Assembly (NCBI GenBank): GCA_013911165.1
Contig: JACETR010000005.1
Span: 3,109-67,108 of the forward strand
Origin: Planctomycetota bacterium
GTDB lineage: Bacteria; Planctomycetota; UBA8108; UBA1146
Length of the DNA stretch: 64,000 nucleotides
Direction: 5' to 3'
The translations under genes were made by a program, and so were the position numbers. Positions 19,012 through 27,739 of this stretch are shown in pieces. The notes under the pieces are model-generated. The model was not told the origin of the DNA and searched no databases. It saw only the letters and a program-made list of their open reading frames with translations. Position 1 is the first letter of the stretch, and each line of letters starts with the position of its first letter.

Positions 19012-19751
19012 CCGTTGATTCCTGTCTCTTCATTGAGGCGCCGCTCCAATGAGCGTCGCTGCTTCTCTTCGAGGGCCATCAGAGGCGGATCCACCGACCC
19101 TCGACTGGCCACAGTTCCGGAGGATTTCCTGCCGACTCTCGGCCCGAGGCCGATCTCCCAGCCTGCGGCCATCAGTGCCAGTCTTGCCTTTGCGGCGGAA
19201 CTGTATGTAGAAAGTATACCACCCTCTTCGCAAACCTCCCAAAGAGCACGCATGACCTCAACAGACCACATCTCCGGGTTTCTGGCAGGGGAAAAGGGAT
19301 CGAGATAGATGGCATCAAAAGGGCCATTCAGACTCCGCAGGGAATCCCTCGCATCGCCGACCAGAATTCGGCCACTCCAGAACTCTTCATCGAATGAGCC
19401 TTTCGAAACCAATTCGGTAAGATCTCTGGCAACCTTGCCCTCCCCCCAGTGTTCCTGAAGATCCACCAGCGGGAGCAATTCCTTTTCAAGACTGACCCAC
19501 TCACAACGGGCATCAGGAACTTGCCGATGGATCTCTTCGAGAGTCACTGCAACATTGACACCCAATCCGAACCCGACATCGAGAATACGGACCACTCCTG
19601 CAAGCTGTGCCCGTTCGATGATCCGGCAGGGAACGACAAAACGCTGGATCGCTTCGTTCCTGGCACCACTGAGGGAGTGATAGTGCTCTTGATAATGAGG
19701 ATGAAAGCGGGTCAGGGATCCGTCCTCGGTCAGGACCTTTTTTCGGACCAA
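18969..19751 (-). CDS. MnmC-like SAM-dependent methyltransferase domain protein (COG4121/DUF752-like)
   Basis: 'ILDVGFGLGVN' and 'DAIYLDPFSPARNPEMWS...GGILSTYSSA'. The start is uncertain: TTG at 19751 is chosen because the ORF-track start at 19892 overlaps cinA by 163 nt. Confidence 0.65.
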   Translation of the reverse strand: MVRKKVLTEDGSLTRFHPHYQEHYHSLSGARNEAIQRFVVPCRIIERAQLAGVVRILDVGFGLGVNVAVTLEEIHRQVPDARCEWVSLEKELLPLVDLQEHWGEGKVARDLTELVSKGSFDEEFWSGRILVGDARDSLRSLNGPFDAIYLDPFSPARNPEMWSVEVMRALWEVCEEGGILSTYSSAAKARLALMAAGWEIGLGPRVGRKSSGTVASRGSVDPPLMALEEKQRRSLERRLNEETGINGCDPPSPAAGINSP

Positions 19752-20992
19752 CCGGGAACCTCCAAACCACGAACCGCTGCCAGCAAACCCAGCAATGCCA
19801 GATTCGCAGTCAGAGAGCGGATCCTCTCCCGGTCCCCGTGAAGCTGATAACAGTGCGACAGGATTTGATTTTCCGTCGCCAGTGCCAGCCAAACAGTTCC
19901 CACCGGTTTGAGATCCGTCCCCCCTCCCGGTCCGGCAACTCCACTCACAGAAATTGCCAGATCAGCCCCGGACTTCTCCCGGGCCCTGAGGGCCATCTGT
20001 TCGACGACCGGTTGACTGACAGCTCCATGCCCTTCAATCAGGGCAGGGTCGACTCCCAACTCACGAGTCTTTGAAGAATTCGAATAACAAACCCAACTGC
20101 AGGGAAACACCCTGCTGGATCCGGCGACATTCACCAGTCGACTGCTGATCATCCCCCCTGTGCACGATTCAGCAGTGGTCAGACTGAGCCCCGCTTCCAT
20201 CGCTCTCTCCACGAGATGTTCTTCCACCGGAAAACCACCGGTACCGATCAGGCGGGCACCAAACATTTCTGCGGCATCGCTTTCCAGAGAAAGACCAGCA
20301 GGTAATCGCACCTCGATTTGCCCCCACCCCCTCACACAGATTTGGTAGAGCTGACTGGAGGGAACTTTGGAAGAGACCCACTCATCGAGTCTGGATTCAG
20401 GAACCCCGACAAAATCGAGAATCTCGCCCTGTAATCTGGAAAGACCTCCATACGACTTCAATTCCTCCACAACATGCTCTTCAAACATGGCCCTGAACTC
20501 ATGGGGAACGCCGGGCAAGGCGAAAATACGAGTCCCATCGGCCGTCTTCACTGCAAATCCAGGTGCACTGCCATTGGGGTTAGAAAGAATGCTCGCCCCT
20601 CTGGGGAAAAAAGCCTGCTTGCGATTGTTTTCAGTCGGTTCAAAGCCGCGACTGCTCAGCCGTTGATGAATTTCCCGCCATGCATCCCCATTCTCGACCA
20701 GATCCAGATTGAGGGCAGATGCGATCTCTTCCCGCGTCCGGTCATCGGCAGTGGGCCCCAGACCACCAGTCACGAGAATCCAGTCCACTTTTCCCTGAAA
20801 TAACTTGAGGGCCTCCACCAGTTCTCCGGGTGAATCTCCGAGACTGAAATGCCAGCGGACAAAAGCTCCCCACCTGCGCATCTCTTCAGAGACATGCTGT
20901 GAATGGACATCGAGGATCCGCCCCTCGAGAATCTCGTCGCCGACAGCGATCACTCCGACAGAGAGACCGGGAGTTCCGTCAGGCGGGGTCAT
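19730..20992 (-). CDS. cinA: CinA-family protein (MoCF-like domain plus nicotinamide-nucleotide amidohydrolase PncC domain)
   Basis: 'VIAVGDEILEGRILDVHSQ', 'VTGGLGPTADDRTRE', and C-terminal 'LTTAESCTGGMISSRL'. Confidence 0.85.
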   Translation of the reverse strand: MTPPDGTPGLSVGVIAVGDEILEGRILDVHSQHVSEEMRRWGAFVRWHFSLGDSPGELVEALKLFQGKVDWILVTGGLGPTADDRTREEIASALNLDLVENGDAWREIHQRLSSRGFEPTENNRKQAFFPRGASILSNPNGSAPGFAVKTADGTRIFALPGVPHEFRAMFEEHVVEELKSYGGLSRLQGEILDFVGVPESRLDEWVSSKVPSSQLYQICVRGWGQIEVRLPAGLSLESDAAEMFGARLIGTGGFPVEEHLVERAMEAGLSLTTAESCTGGMISSRLVNVAGSSRVFPCSWVCYSNSSKTRELGVDPALIEGHGAVSQPVVEQMALRAREKSGADLAISVSGVAGPGGGTDLKPVGTVWLALATENQILSHCYQLHGDRERIRSLTANLALLGLLAAVRGLEVPGWSEKRS

Positions 20993-22322
20993 CGAGGGAG
21001 TTTTCCTGGCGCAGGGGTTTACCGAAAACGATGCTCGCGTAAATCCCCAACTCGTAGAGCAAAACCAGAGGTCCAGCCATCAACATTTGGGTGACCACAT
21101 CGGGAGGTGTCAGAAATGCACCGAAGACAACAGCGGTCATGATCGCCACCTTGCGGTACTCCCTGAAAAAGGACACTTCGACAAGCCCGGTTCGACTCAG
21201 GAGAACCATGAGCAGAGGAAGCTGGAAGATCAGTCCCATGCCGAGAACGAGAGTAAAGACCAGTCCCATATAGTCCTTGAGAGTGAAACTGGCTGCCAAC
21301 AGGGAGGGATCTCCATACCCACCGAGGAAGGAGAGCCCGACTGGAACCAGAATCCAATAAGCGAAATTGACTCCGGCAGCCAACAGTAAAAAGGCCACCG
21401 GCAGAAAGGGCCTGACCGAACGACGTTCACCGGGATATAGACCCGCGGCAATGAACTGCCAGACTTCTGCGGAGATCCACGGGAGGGCGCAGATCAATCC
21501 GAGAAACAGCCCCAACTTGAGATAGGCGAAAAAGGCCTCGGTATAGGCCAGCAAAACCAGCGGTTTGCCTTTCTCATACCAACGGGCCCAATCGACCAGT
21601 CTCTCCTCGACCTTTTCGATCTTTTGGGCCAACTCCCGAAGTTTCTCTTCCGTCGCGGTCAATTCGGCAGGAGAGACCGGCTTACGTTCACTGGCTTCGG
21701 ATCCTGCTTCCAGTCCGGGATCCCTGAGAACTTTCGCCTGTGCAACCTGCCAGTATTCCGACGTCGACTGGAGGACACTTTGCATTTCCTCCAGCGCCCC
21801 CTGCCCCCCCCAGGGAACCTTGTCCGATTCCCTGATCCTGACGAGGAGGGATTCGCTGTAGGCGAGGCTTTGAGGGACACGCAAAAGGGGATCACCGGTT
21901 TTCAGAGTCCCGTCCAGATCCTCTGCCCGTTCCTCAAAGAGCACGATCAATTCGGAGATGGGTCCATCCTCTGGAGCTTCTTCCTTGAATCGGTCCCAGC
22001 GCTGCCACCAATCACTGCGATCGATCGCCTGCTGCAGGCACAGATGCACAGCCCGGAGGTCCAGATCACGGATGGTGCTTCCGATCTCCGCAGTCTCGGT
22101 GGAGAGGGTCTGTGAAACCCTGGAAGAATCGATCTGCAACATGGCCTTGCGGTGGGGAGCGGTAACGATGGTCATCAACTCACTCTGATAGACCAGAGCG
22201 ATCCCTGCAAAGACCACGACCACCAGCAGCGAGCGGATCAATCGGGCTCGCAACTCCTCGAGGTGGTCACCAAAGGACATCGTTTCAAGAGAGTCCTTAT
22301 GGGATTCGTTTTGCTTGGACAT
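20979..22322 (-). CDS. tatC: Twin-arginine translocase subunit TatC, with a large insertion between TM1 and TM2
   Basis: 'FGDHLEELRARLIRSLLVVVVFAGIAL', 'EAFFAYLKLGLFLGLICALPWISAEVWQFIAAGLYPGERR', 'FLTPPDVVTQMLMAGPLVLLYELG'. The protein is 447 aa, versus about 250 aa for typical TatC. Confidence 0.8.
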   Translation of the reverse strand: MSKQNESHKDSLETMSFGDHLEELRARLIRSLLVVVVFAGIALVYQSELMTIVTAPHRKAMLQIDSSRVSQTLSTETAEIGSTIRDLDLRAVHLCLQQAIDRSDWWQRWDRFKEEAPEDGPISELIVLFEERAEDLDGTLKTGDPLLRVPQSLAYSESLLVRIRESDKVPWGGQGALEEMQSVLQSTSEYWQVAQAKVLRDPGLEAGSEASERKPVSPAELTATEEKLRELAQKIEKVEERLVDWARWYEKGKPLVLLAYTEAFFAYLKLGLFLGLICALPWISAEVWQFIAAGLYPGERRSVRPFLPVAFLLLAAGVNFAYWILVPVGLSFLGGYGDPSLLAASFTLKDYMGLVFTLVLGMGLIFQLPLLMVLLSRTGLVEVSFFREYRKVAIMTAVVFGAFLTPPDVVTQMLMAGPLVLLYELGIYASIVFGKPLRQENSLDDPA

Positions 22323-22460
22323 CGAGGTGGCTCCTCCGAATGGACTTCTGACGAAACCGTCTTCATTGGCGTTATATTGCCACGGACAGTCGGGATCAGC
22401 AATTGATCAAGGCCCCCTGTTGAGGTTTCCTTCGACGATTTGATCTGAAGGTGAAAAATG

Positions 22461-22497
22461 AAAAAAGGGGTGATTGCGATACGCAATCACCCCTTTT
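22461..22497 (-). terminator. Rho-independent terminator downstream of the coiled-coil/BRCT gene
   Basis: 12-bp stem 'ggggtgattgcg'/'cgcaatcacccc'. A T-run follows on the minus strand (A-run 22461-22466 on plus). Confidence 0.7.
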
Positions 22498-22519
22498 ATT
22501 GGCTTCAATCCCGCTGAAC

Positions 22520-23731
22520 CTAGAAGTCGATGAAATCGAGCAACTCGCGTTCACGAAGAATCGTGACTCCAAGATCACGGGCCAGTCCGTACTCGTCAGT
22601 TTCTTCGTAACCCTTGACTGCAACCACGAAATCAGTGTCGAGGGCGACAGAAGTACTCACCACACCGCCGAAGAGCTCAATCTTGCGAACCATTTCCTCG
22701 ACAGAGTATTTGCCATTGGTGGCAGCCTCTCCGGCGAAGACAAAGTGCGGCACATCGTCCTGATCAAAGAAGGGGCTGGTGATCTGGTCACCGGCTGAGA
22801 TCGGATTGAAGCGATCAAGGTTCTCGAGAACGGCCACCTCAGAGAAATCCTCTTCGACCTTCAGAACCTCAACACGGCCCTTGCTGATGCGCTTGCCACC
22901 CTTTTGGTAGGCGAACACGTCAAACACGAGACCACGACGCAGTTTGTTCTTGGTGCCGAGACTGATCCAGGCTTTGCCCAGTTCCTCGGAGACATTGAGG
23001 ATCTCGCCGTCAGGCTTGACCATGGCGAAGGTTTCCTCGCGCACGATCTCACGCTTGAGTTCCTCAATACGGTCATTGGAACGCTGAAGCAGGTTCTCGG
23101 TGATGCTGAGGTCACGCTGGAGCTTGTAGAGCACTGCGCTGTGATCCTGAACCAACTGCTCATTCTCCTCGAGAAGACGCTGGGATTCCTCACGCCCGCG
23201 GGAACGAGCTCCTTCCAGTTCAACCTGGAAATCATTGACCTGACCACGAAGGCTGTCGATCTCCTCATTCAACTGGGTTCCAAGATTGCTCTTGGAGGTG
23301 ACCACTTCCATGTACTCCTGATCCTTCGCCTCAGCGAGGGATCTCTGGCTGTTGAGTTCATTGTTGAGGAAGCGAATGGTGTCGACCGAGTCGGTGTAAA
23401 GATCGGTCAGAGACTCATAGCTGCGAGGATTGGAAGATCCCTTGGCAGTGGCAATCTCGGATCCGGCCTTGTCGATGAGGCTCTGAACCTCTTCGGTGGG
23501 CACTGCCAGATCATCCGATCCCTGAATCAGACCTCTCATGGCGAAGATTTCCGCCTGCTGATCTTTGACCTGACCCTCTTGGCGGGCGAGTTTGTCATCT
23601 GCGTTGTTCTTCTGATCGAGCAGGTTCTGGTACTCGCCGTTCATACTGAAGACGACAAAGGCCAGTCCCAGATTCAGAATCAACGAGACGATGAGAAAAG
23701 AGAGCTGTGCTCCCCCCTGATTACGGGCCAT
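22520..23731 (-). CDS. Membrane-anchored coiled-coil protein with a C-terminal BRCT-like domain
   Basis: N-terminal TM 'LSFLIVSLILNLGLAFVVF' and about 200 aa of heptad-rich sequence, followed by a beta-rich module. The C-terminus 'HFVFAGE..GKYSVEEMVRKIELFGGVVSTSVALDTDFVVAVKGYEETDEYGLARDLGVTILRERELLDFI' follows the LigA-type BRCT pattern. Confidence 0.6.
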   Translation of the reverse strand: MARNQGGAQLSFLIVSLILNLGLAFVVFSMNGEYQNLLDQKNNADDKLARQEGQVKDQQAEIFAMRGLIQGSDDLAVPTEEVQSLIDKAGSEIATAKGSSNPRSYESLTDLYTDSVDTIRFLNNELNSQRSLAEAKDQEYMEVVTSKSNLGTQLNEEIDSLRGQVNDFQVELEGARSRGREESQRLLEENEQLVQDHSAVLYKLQRDLSITENLLQRSNDRIEELKREIVREETFAMVKPDGEILNVSEELGKAWISLGTKNKLRRGLVFDVFAYQKGGKRISKGRVEVLKVEEDFSEVAVLENLDRFNPISAGDQITSPFFDQDDVPHFVFAGEAATNGKYSVEEMVRKIELFGGVVSTSVALDTDFVVAVKGYEETDEYGLARDLGVTILRERELLDFIDF

Positions 23732-24250
23732 GGAGACTCCTCACTTGATGCCAGATCACTATCTCTGACATCTGGGTCTGATTCCTGTCAATCCCACAGA
23801 AACCGGACAGTTGTTTGTTGGTTATGACGACCTCTATCGCACCGGACGATGTCAGTTTCAGGACCCCGTCGGTCTCAGCCTGTGATCAACGGTCGAAACC
23901 GCCAACACGGGACATGGATCCAACGATCAGCCCTTCGATCCGCCCATCGAGTCAACATGCGAGGACATCGGTTCATTTCAATCCGCAGTCAAAATCCGGA
24001 GACCCACGACACGTTGGGGAATTCCTGAAAAGCCAGGTCTCCCTTCCGCACCGTCAACAATCCGGAAGCCGTGATCCTAAGACCACAGGGGGACCCCGTC
24101 AAGAAGCCCTGAGCCCCCATATTGCCGGATATCCGGGGATACGCTAGGTTCTGTGTGTGTGGAGCGGGAAATCGGGACCATGCCGGTCACCTCCACAGAC
24201 TTTCCTTCTGCCGGGTGGCACTTCTGGCCCCCCATCCGAAAGGCCCCCAA

Positions 24251-27019
24251 GTGTCCAAAACCCTGTTTTTGATCGACGGCCGCTACCAGATCTATCGCGG
24301 ACACTACGGGATGCGCACCCTGACCAACAACAAGGGAATGCAGGTCCAGGCGATTTATGCCGTGACCGATCTGCTCCTTCGATTGTGCAAGGATCACGAC
24401 GTCAGTCACTGGGCAGTCGCCATGGAGTGTGACGGCCCCACCTTTCGCCACGAACGCTACGATCAATACAAGGCGAATCGTGATGCGATGCCCGAAGAAC
24501 TGCGCAGCCAACTCCCCTACGTCGATCGCATGCTCGAGGCATTCCGGGTTCCGATCCTTCAATCGGATCGCCATGAAGCGGATGACTGCCTGGCAACGAT
24601 GGCCCTGAAAGCGGAACAGCATGGAATGGAAGTTCGACTGCTGACCCGTGACAAAGACCTCGAACAAGTGATCTCCAAGTCGGTCCGATTTCTCGATGAA
24701 AAAAAATGGGATCTGTACGGGCCGGAGGAGCTTCTGGCGAAGAAGGGCATTCGACCCGATCAGGTGATCGCCTATCAGTCACTGATTGGAGACAGCTCGG
24801 ACAACATTCCCGGTGTCCCCGGAGTCGGACCAAAAACTGCCGTCAAAATTCTGGAGGTCGTCGACGATCCGGAAGTTCTGCTACACGACCCGGTACCTGA
24901 AGCCATCCCCGCCAGCGCACTGAAGAAGGTTCGCAAGGAACCGGATCTGCTGAGGCTCTCCCGGGAGTTGGTCACGCTGTCTCTCGAAACTCCTCTGAAA
25001 GAATCTCCAGAGGATCTTCAACGGGTCGAACCGGATCATGCCGCCCTCCGGGAGCTCTTTATGGAACTGGGATTCCGCCGCTTCCTGAAAATGTTCGAGC
25101 CTGAAGAGCCGATCGAGATGGATCTCTTCTCAGGGACTCCGGAATCCTCACCTTCCACTGCCCCCGAAGAAAAACCCTCCGCCACCACTGCCGTCGCAGA
25201 GAAGGTCACTTATTCCTATGTCAGTGATCTCGAGGAATTGGACGCGGTCATCGAAGCTTGTCGCAAAGCGGGTCGTTTCGCCTTCGATACGGAAACCAAC
25301 TCTCTCGATTCCATCGGCGGGTTCGCCGTGGGTTGCAGCATTGCTGTGGAGCATGGGGAAGCCTGGTACATCCCCTTCCGAGCTCCGGATGGCAATCCTC
25401 CCATGACACGGGAGGAAGTAATCGGACGCCTCAAGCCGATCCTCGAAGATCCAGCTATCGGCAAGATCGGTCAAAACATGAAGTTCGATGCGCAGGTGAT
25501 GCGCAACGAAGGTGTGGTGATTCAGGGCGTCAGTGGCGACCCGATGATTGCCGCGTATCTGATCAACTCGCTTCGGGGCCGCTACGGTCTCGACGATTTG
25601 GTGGGAGAACGACTCGGACACACCATGATTAAGATCAAGACCCTCATCGGCTCAGGAGACGAAGAAATCTCGATGGATCAGATCGAGCCGGAAAAGATCA
25701 CTGAATACGCTGCCGAGGATGCGGACTTCACGCTTCGTCTCTACGATGATCTGCAAGCTGACATCGAAAAGTGGAATCTGGATGAGGTCTACCGCCAGAT
25801 CGAACTGCCGCTGGTCGAGGTATTGACCTCCATGGAGCGACAGGGCATCACTCTCGACGAAAAACGGCTGTCCGAACAGGAATCCACACTTCAGGAAGAA
25901 TTGGATCAGCTGGAAACGGAGATCCATGAATCTGCCGGTGGCCCCTTCAATATCGCCAGCCCCAAACAACTGCAGAAGGTGCTCTTTGAAGATCTGAAAC
26001 TGCCCACAGACGGTCTTGCCAAAACCAAGACCGGAGTCAGCGTCAAAGCGGAAACCCTCGAGGAACTGGCTGCCCGCCATCCGGAGCAACCGTTGCCTGC
26101 AACGATCCTGCGCCACAGGAGCCTGGCAAAGCTGCTGTCGACCTACATTCAGGCGTTGCCCCAGCATGTTCATCCCACCACCGGCAGGATCCATACCGAC
26201 TTTCGACAGACGATTACCGCCACCGGCCGCCTCGCTTCGATGAAGCCCAACCTGCAAAACATTCCGATCCGCTCCGAAGAGGGACGCAAGATTCGCCAGT
26301 GCTTTGTCCCCAATGGCCCGAACCGCATCTTTGTCAGTGCGGATTATTCACAGGTGGAATTACGTTTGCTCGCCCACTTGACTGCGGATGAGGGGCTGCT
26401 TCAGGCGATTCACGATGGCGTCGATATTCATGCCTCTGTGGCTGCAAAGATCCACGACAAGCACCACAGTGAAGTTTCCAAGGATGAAAGAGCGGCGGCA
26501 AAAGCGGTCAACTTTGGCCTCATGTACGGAATGGGTGCCTTTGGATTGTCCAGGGATCTCGGTATTCCCGTCGCAGAAGCCAAGCAGTTCATCGCCGATT
26601 ACTTTCATCAGTTCCCCGCAGTTCAAGACTGGATGGAAGAAACCAAGCGTAAGGCTGCCGAAACTGGTGAAGTACGAACGCTGCATGGCCGACGCCGGCC
26701 TGTTCCGGAGATCCGATCCAGAGTGGCCCGCGAAAAAGCACAGGGTGAGCGATTTGCCATCAACAGTGTCGTTCAGGGTTCAGCGGCAGATATGATCAAG
26801 CTGGCGATGATCGAGGTGGACCGTCAGTGTCGACTCGACGACCGTGACGCCTATCTGCTTCTGCAAATCCATGACGAATTGCTCCTCGATGTTCCCCGGG
26901 ATCAGGCGGAGGATTGCCAGCGCTGGCTCAGGGAGGCGATGATCGGAGTCATGGACCTCAGCGTCCCGCTGGAGGTGGAAGTCAACGTCGGGGAGGACTG
27001 GTTCGATGCCTCCAAGTGA
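24251..27019 (+). CDS. polA: DNA polymerase I
   Basis: 5'-nuclease N-terminus 'LFLIDGRYQIYRGHY', 3'-5' exo 'FAFDTETNSLD', pol motifs 'DYSQVELRLLAHLT', 'RAAAKAVNFGLMYGM', 'QIHDELLLDV'. Start taken at GTG 24251; the ORF-track start at 24122 adds a non-homologous extension. Confidence 0.93.
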   Translation: MSKTLFLIDGRYQIYRGHYGMRTLTNNKGMQVQAIYAVTDLLLRLCKDHDVSHWAVAMECDGPTFRHERYDQYKANRDAMPEELRSQLPYVDRMLEAFRVPILQSDRHEADDCLATMALKAEQHGMEVRLLTRDKDLEQVISKSVRFLDEKKWDLYGPEELLAKKGIRPDQVIAYQSLIGDSSDNIPGVPGVGPKTAVKILEVVDDPEVLLHDPVPEAIPASALKKVRKEPDLLRLSRELVTLSLETPLKESPEDLQRVEPDHAALRELFMELGFRRFLKMFEPEEPIEMDLFSGTPESSPSTAPEEKPSATTAVAEKVTYSYVSDLEELDAVIEACRKAGRFAFDTETNSLDSIGGFAVGCSIAVEHGEAWYIPFRAPDGNPPMTREEVIGRLKPILEDPAIGKIGQNMKFDAQVMRNEGVVIQGVSGDPMIAAYLINSLRGRYGLDDLVGERLGHTMIKIKTLIGSGDEEISMDQIEPEKITEYAAEDADFTLRLYDDLQADIEKWNLDEVYRQIELPLVEVLTSMERQGITLDEKRLSEQESTLQEELDQLETEIHESAGGPFNIASPKQLQKVLFEDLKLPTDGLAKTKTGVSVKAETLEELAARHPEQPLPATILRHRSLAKLLSTYIQALPQHVHPTTGRIHTDFRQTITATGRLASMKPNLQNIPIRSEEGRKIRQCFVPNGPNRIFVSADYSQVELRLLAHLTADEGLLQAIHDGVDIHASVAAKIHDKHHSEVSKDERAAAKAVNFGLMYGMGAFGLSRDLGIPVAEAKQFIADYFHQFPAVQDWMEETKRKAAETGEVRTLHGRRRPVPEIRSRVAREKAQGERFAINSVVQGSAADMIKLAMIEVDRQCRLDDRDAYLLLQIHDELLLDVPRDQAEDCQRWLREAMIGVMDLSVPLEVEVNVGEDWFDASK

Positions 27020-27683
27020 TTCCACAGAAAGAACCGGGCAGCTTCCCCCCTTTGTCGTCGCCATGACCGGAGGGATCGGATCCGGAAAGAGCACCGTTGC
27101 CCGGATTCTGGAAGATCTGGGGGCCCACCGCATGGACGCGGATGAGGAGGCCCGATCTGTCCTTCAGGAAAAATCCGTCATCGACCGGTTGGCACAGCGC
27201 TTCGGTTCTGAAATTCTGTCTTCCCCGGGGGAGATTGATCGGGAGGCCCTGTCCAAAATCGTCTTTAGCGACCCTGAAGCCCTCCATTTCCTTGAATCGG
27301 TCGTCCACCCCGCAGTTCGGGACCGCATCGATGTTGCACTTGAAAAACTGGCGGGAATGGGGTTCGATAGCAGTAGTCCTTTTCCGGACGGCCGGATCTG
27401 GATCCTTCTCGACATTCCCCTCCTCGAAACTTCTCCCTACAGGACCAAAGTGGACAGGATTCTCTTCGTGGAGGCCCCCGAAGAAGACCGGGAATCCAGA
27501 GTGAGAGAGAACCGGGGTTGGGCCGCCGGTGAACGTGCCCGCAGAGAAGACGCCCAGCTCCCCATCAACGACAAAAGAGCCGGAGCAACCCATTCGATTG
27601 AGAACAGTAATAATACAACTCCCGAGGAGTTGAAAATCCGATGCCAGGAACTGATCCAACAGTGGATCAGTGAAATGAAGTGA
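27006..27683 (+). CDS. coaE: Dephospho-CoA kinase
   Basis: P-loop 'VVAMTGGIGSGKSTVA'. Overlaps the polA stop; the polA-coaE arrangement is common. Confidence 0.85.
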   Translation: MPPSDSTERTGQLPPFVVAMTGGIGSGKSTVARILEDLGAHRMDADEEARSVLQEKSVIDRLAQRFGSEILSSPGEIDREALSKIVFSDPEALHFLESVVHPAVRDRIDVALEKLAGMGFDSSSPFPDGRIWILLDIPLLETSPYRTKVDRILFVEAPEEDRESRVRENRGWAAGERARREDAQLPINDKRAGATHSIENSNNTTPEELKIRCQELIQQWISEMK

Positions 27684-27739
27684 GTTCATTTCAGTAACCG
27701 ACCAAGTCCCTCTGGGGATCTGCAAACACTGAGGACAAG

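Noticed and set aside
22904-23827. 307-aa plus-strand ORF
   Set aside because: It is antisense to the coiled-coil gene. The repetitive Leu/Glu-type composition mirrors the coiled-coil codons.
23815-24667. ORFs 23815-24147 (+, 110 aa) and 24077-24667 (-, 196 aa)
   Set aside because: The first is Ser/Pro/Arg-rich with no RBS. The second is antisense to the polA 5'-nuclease domain.
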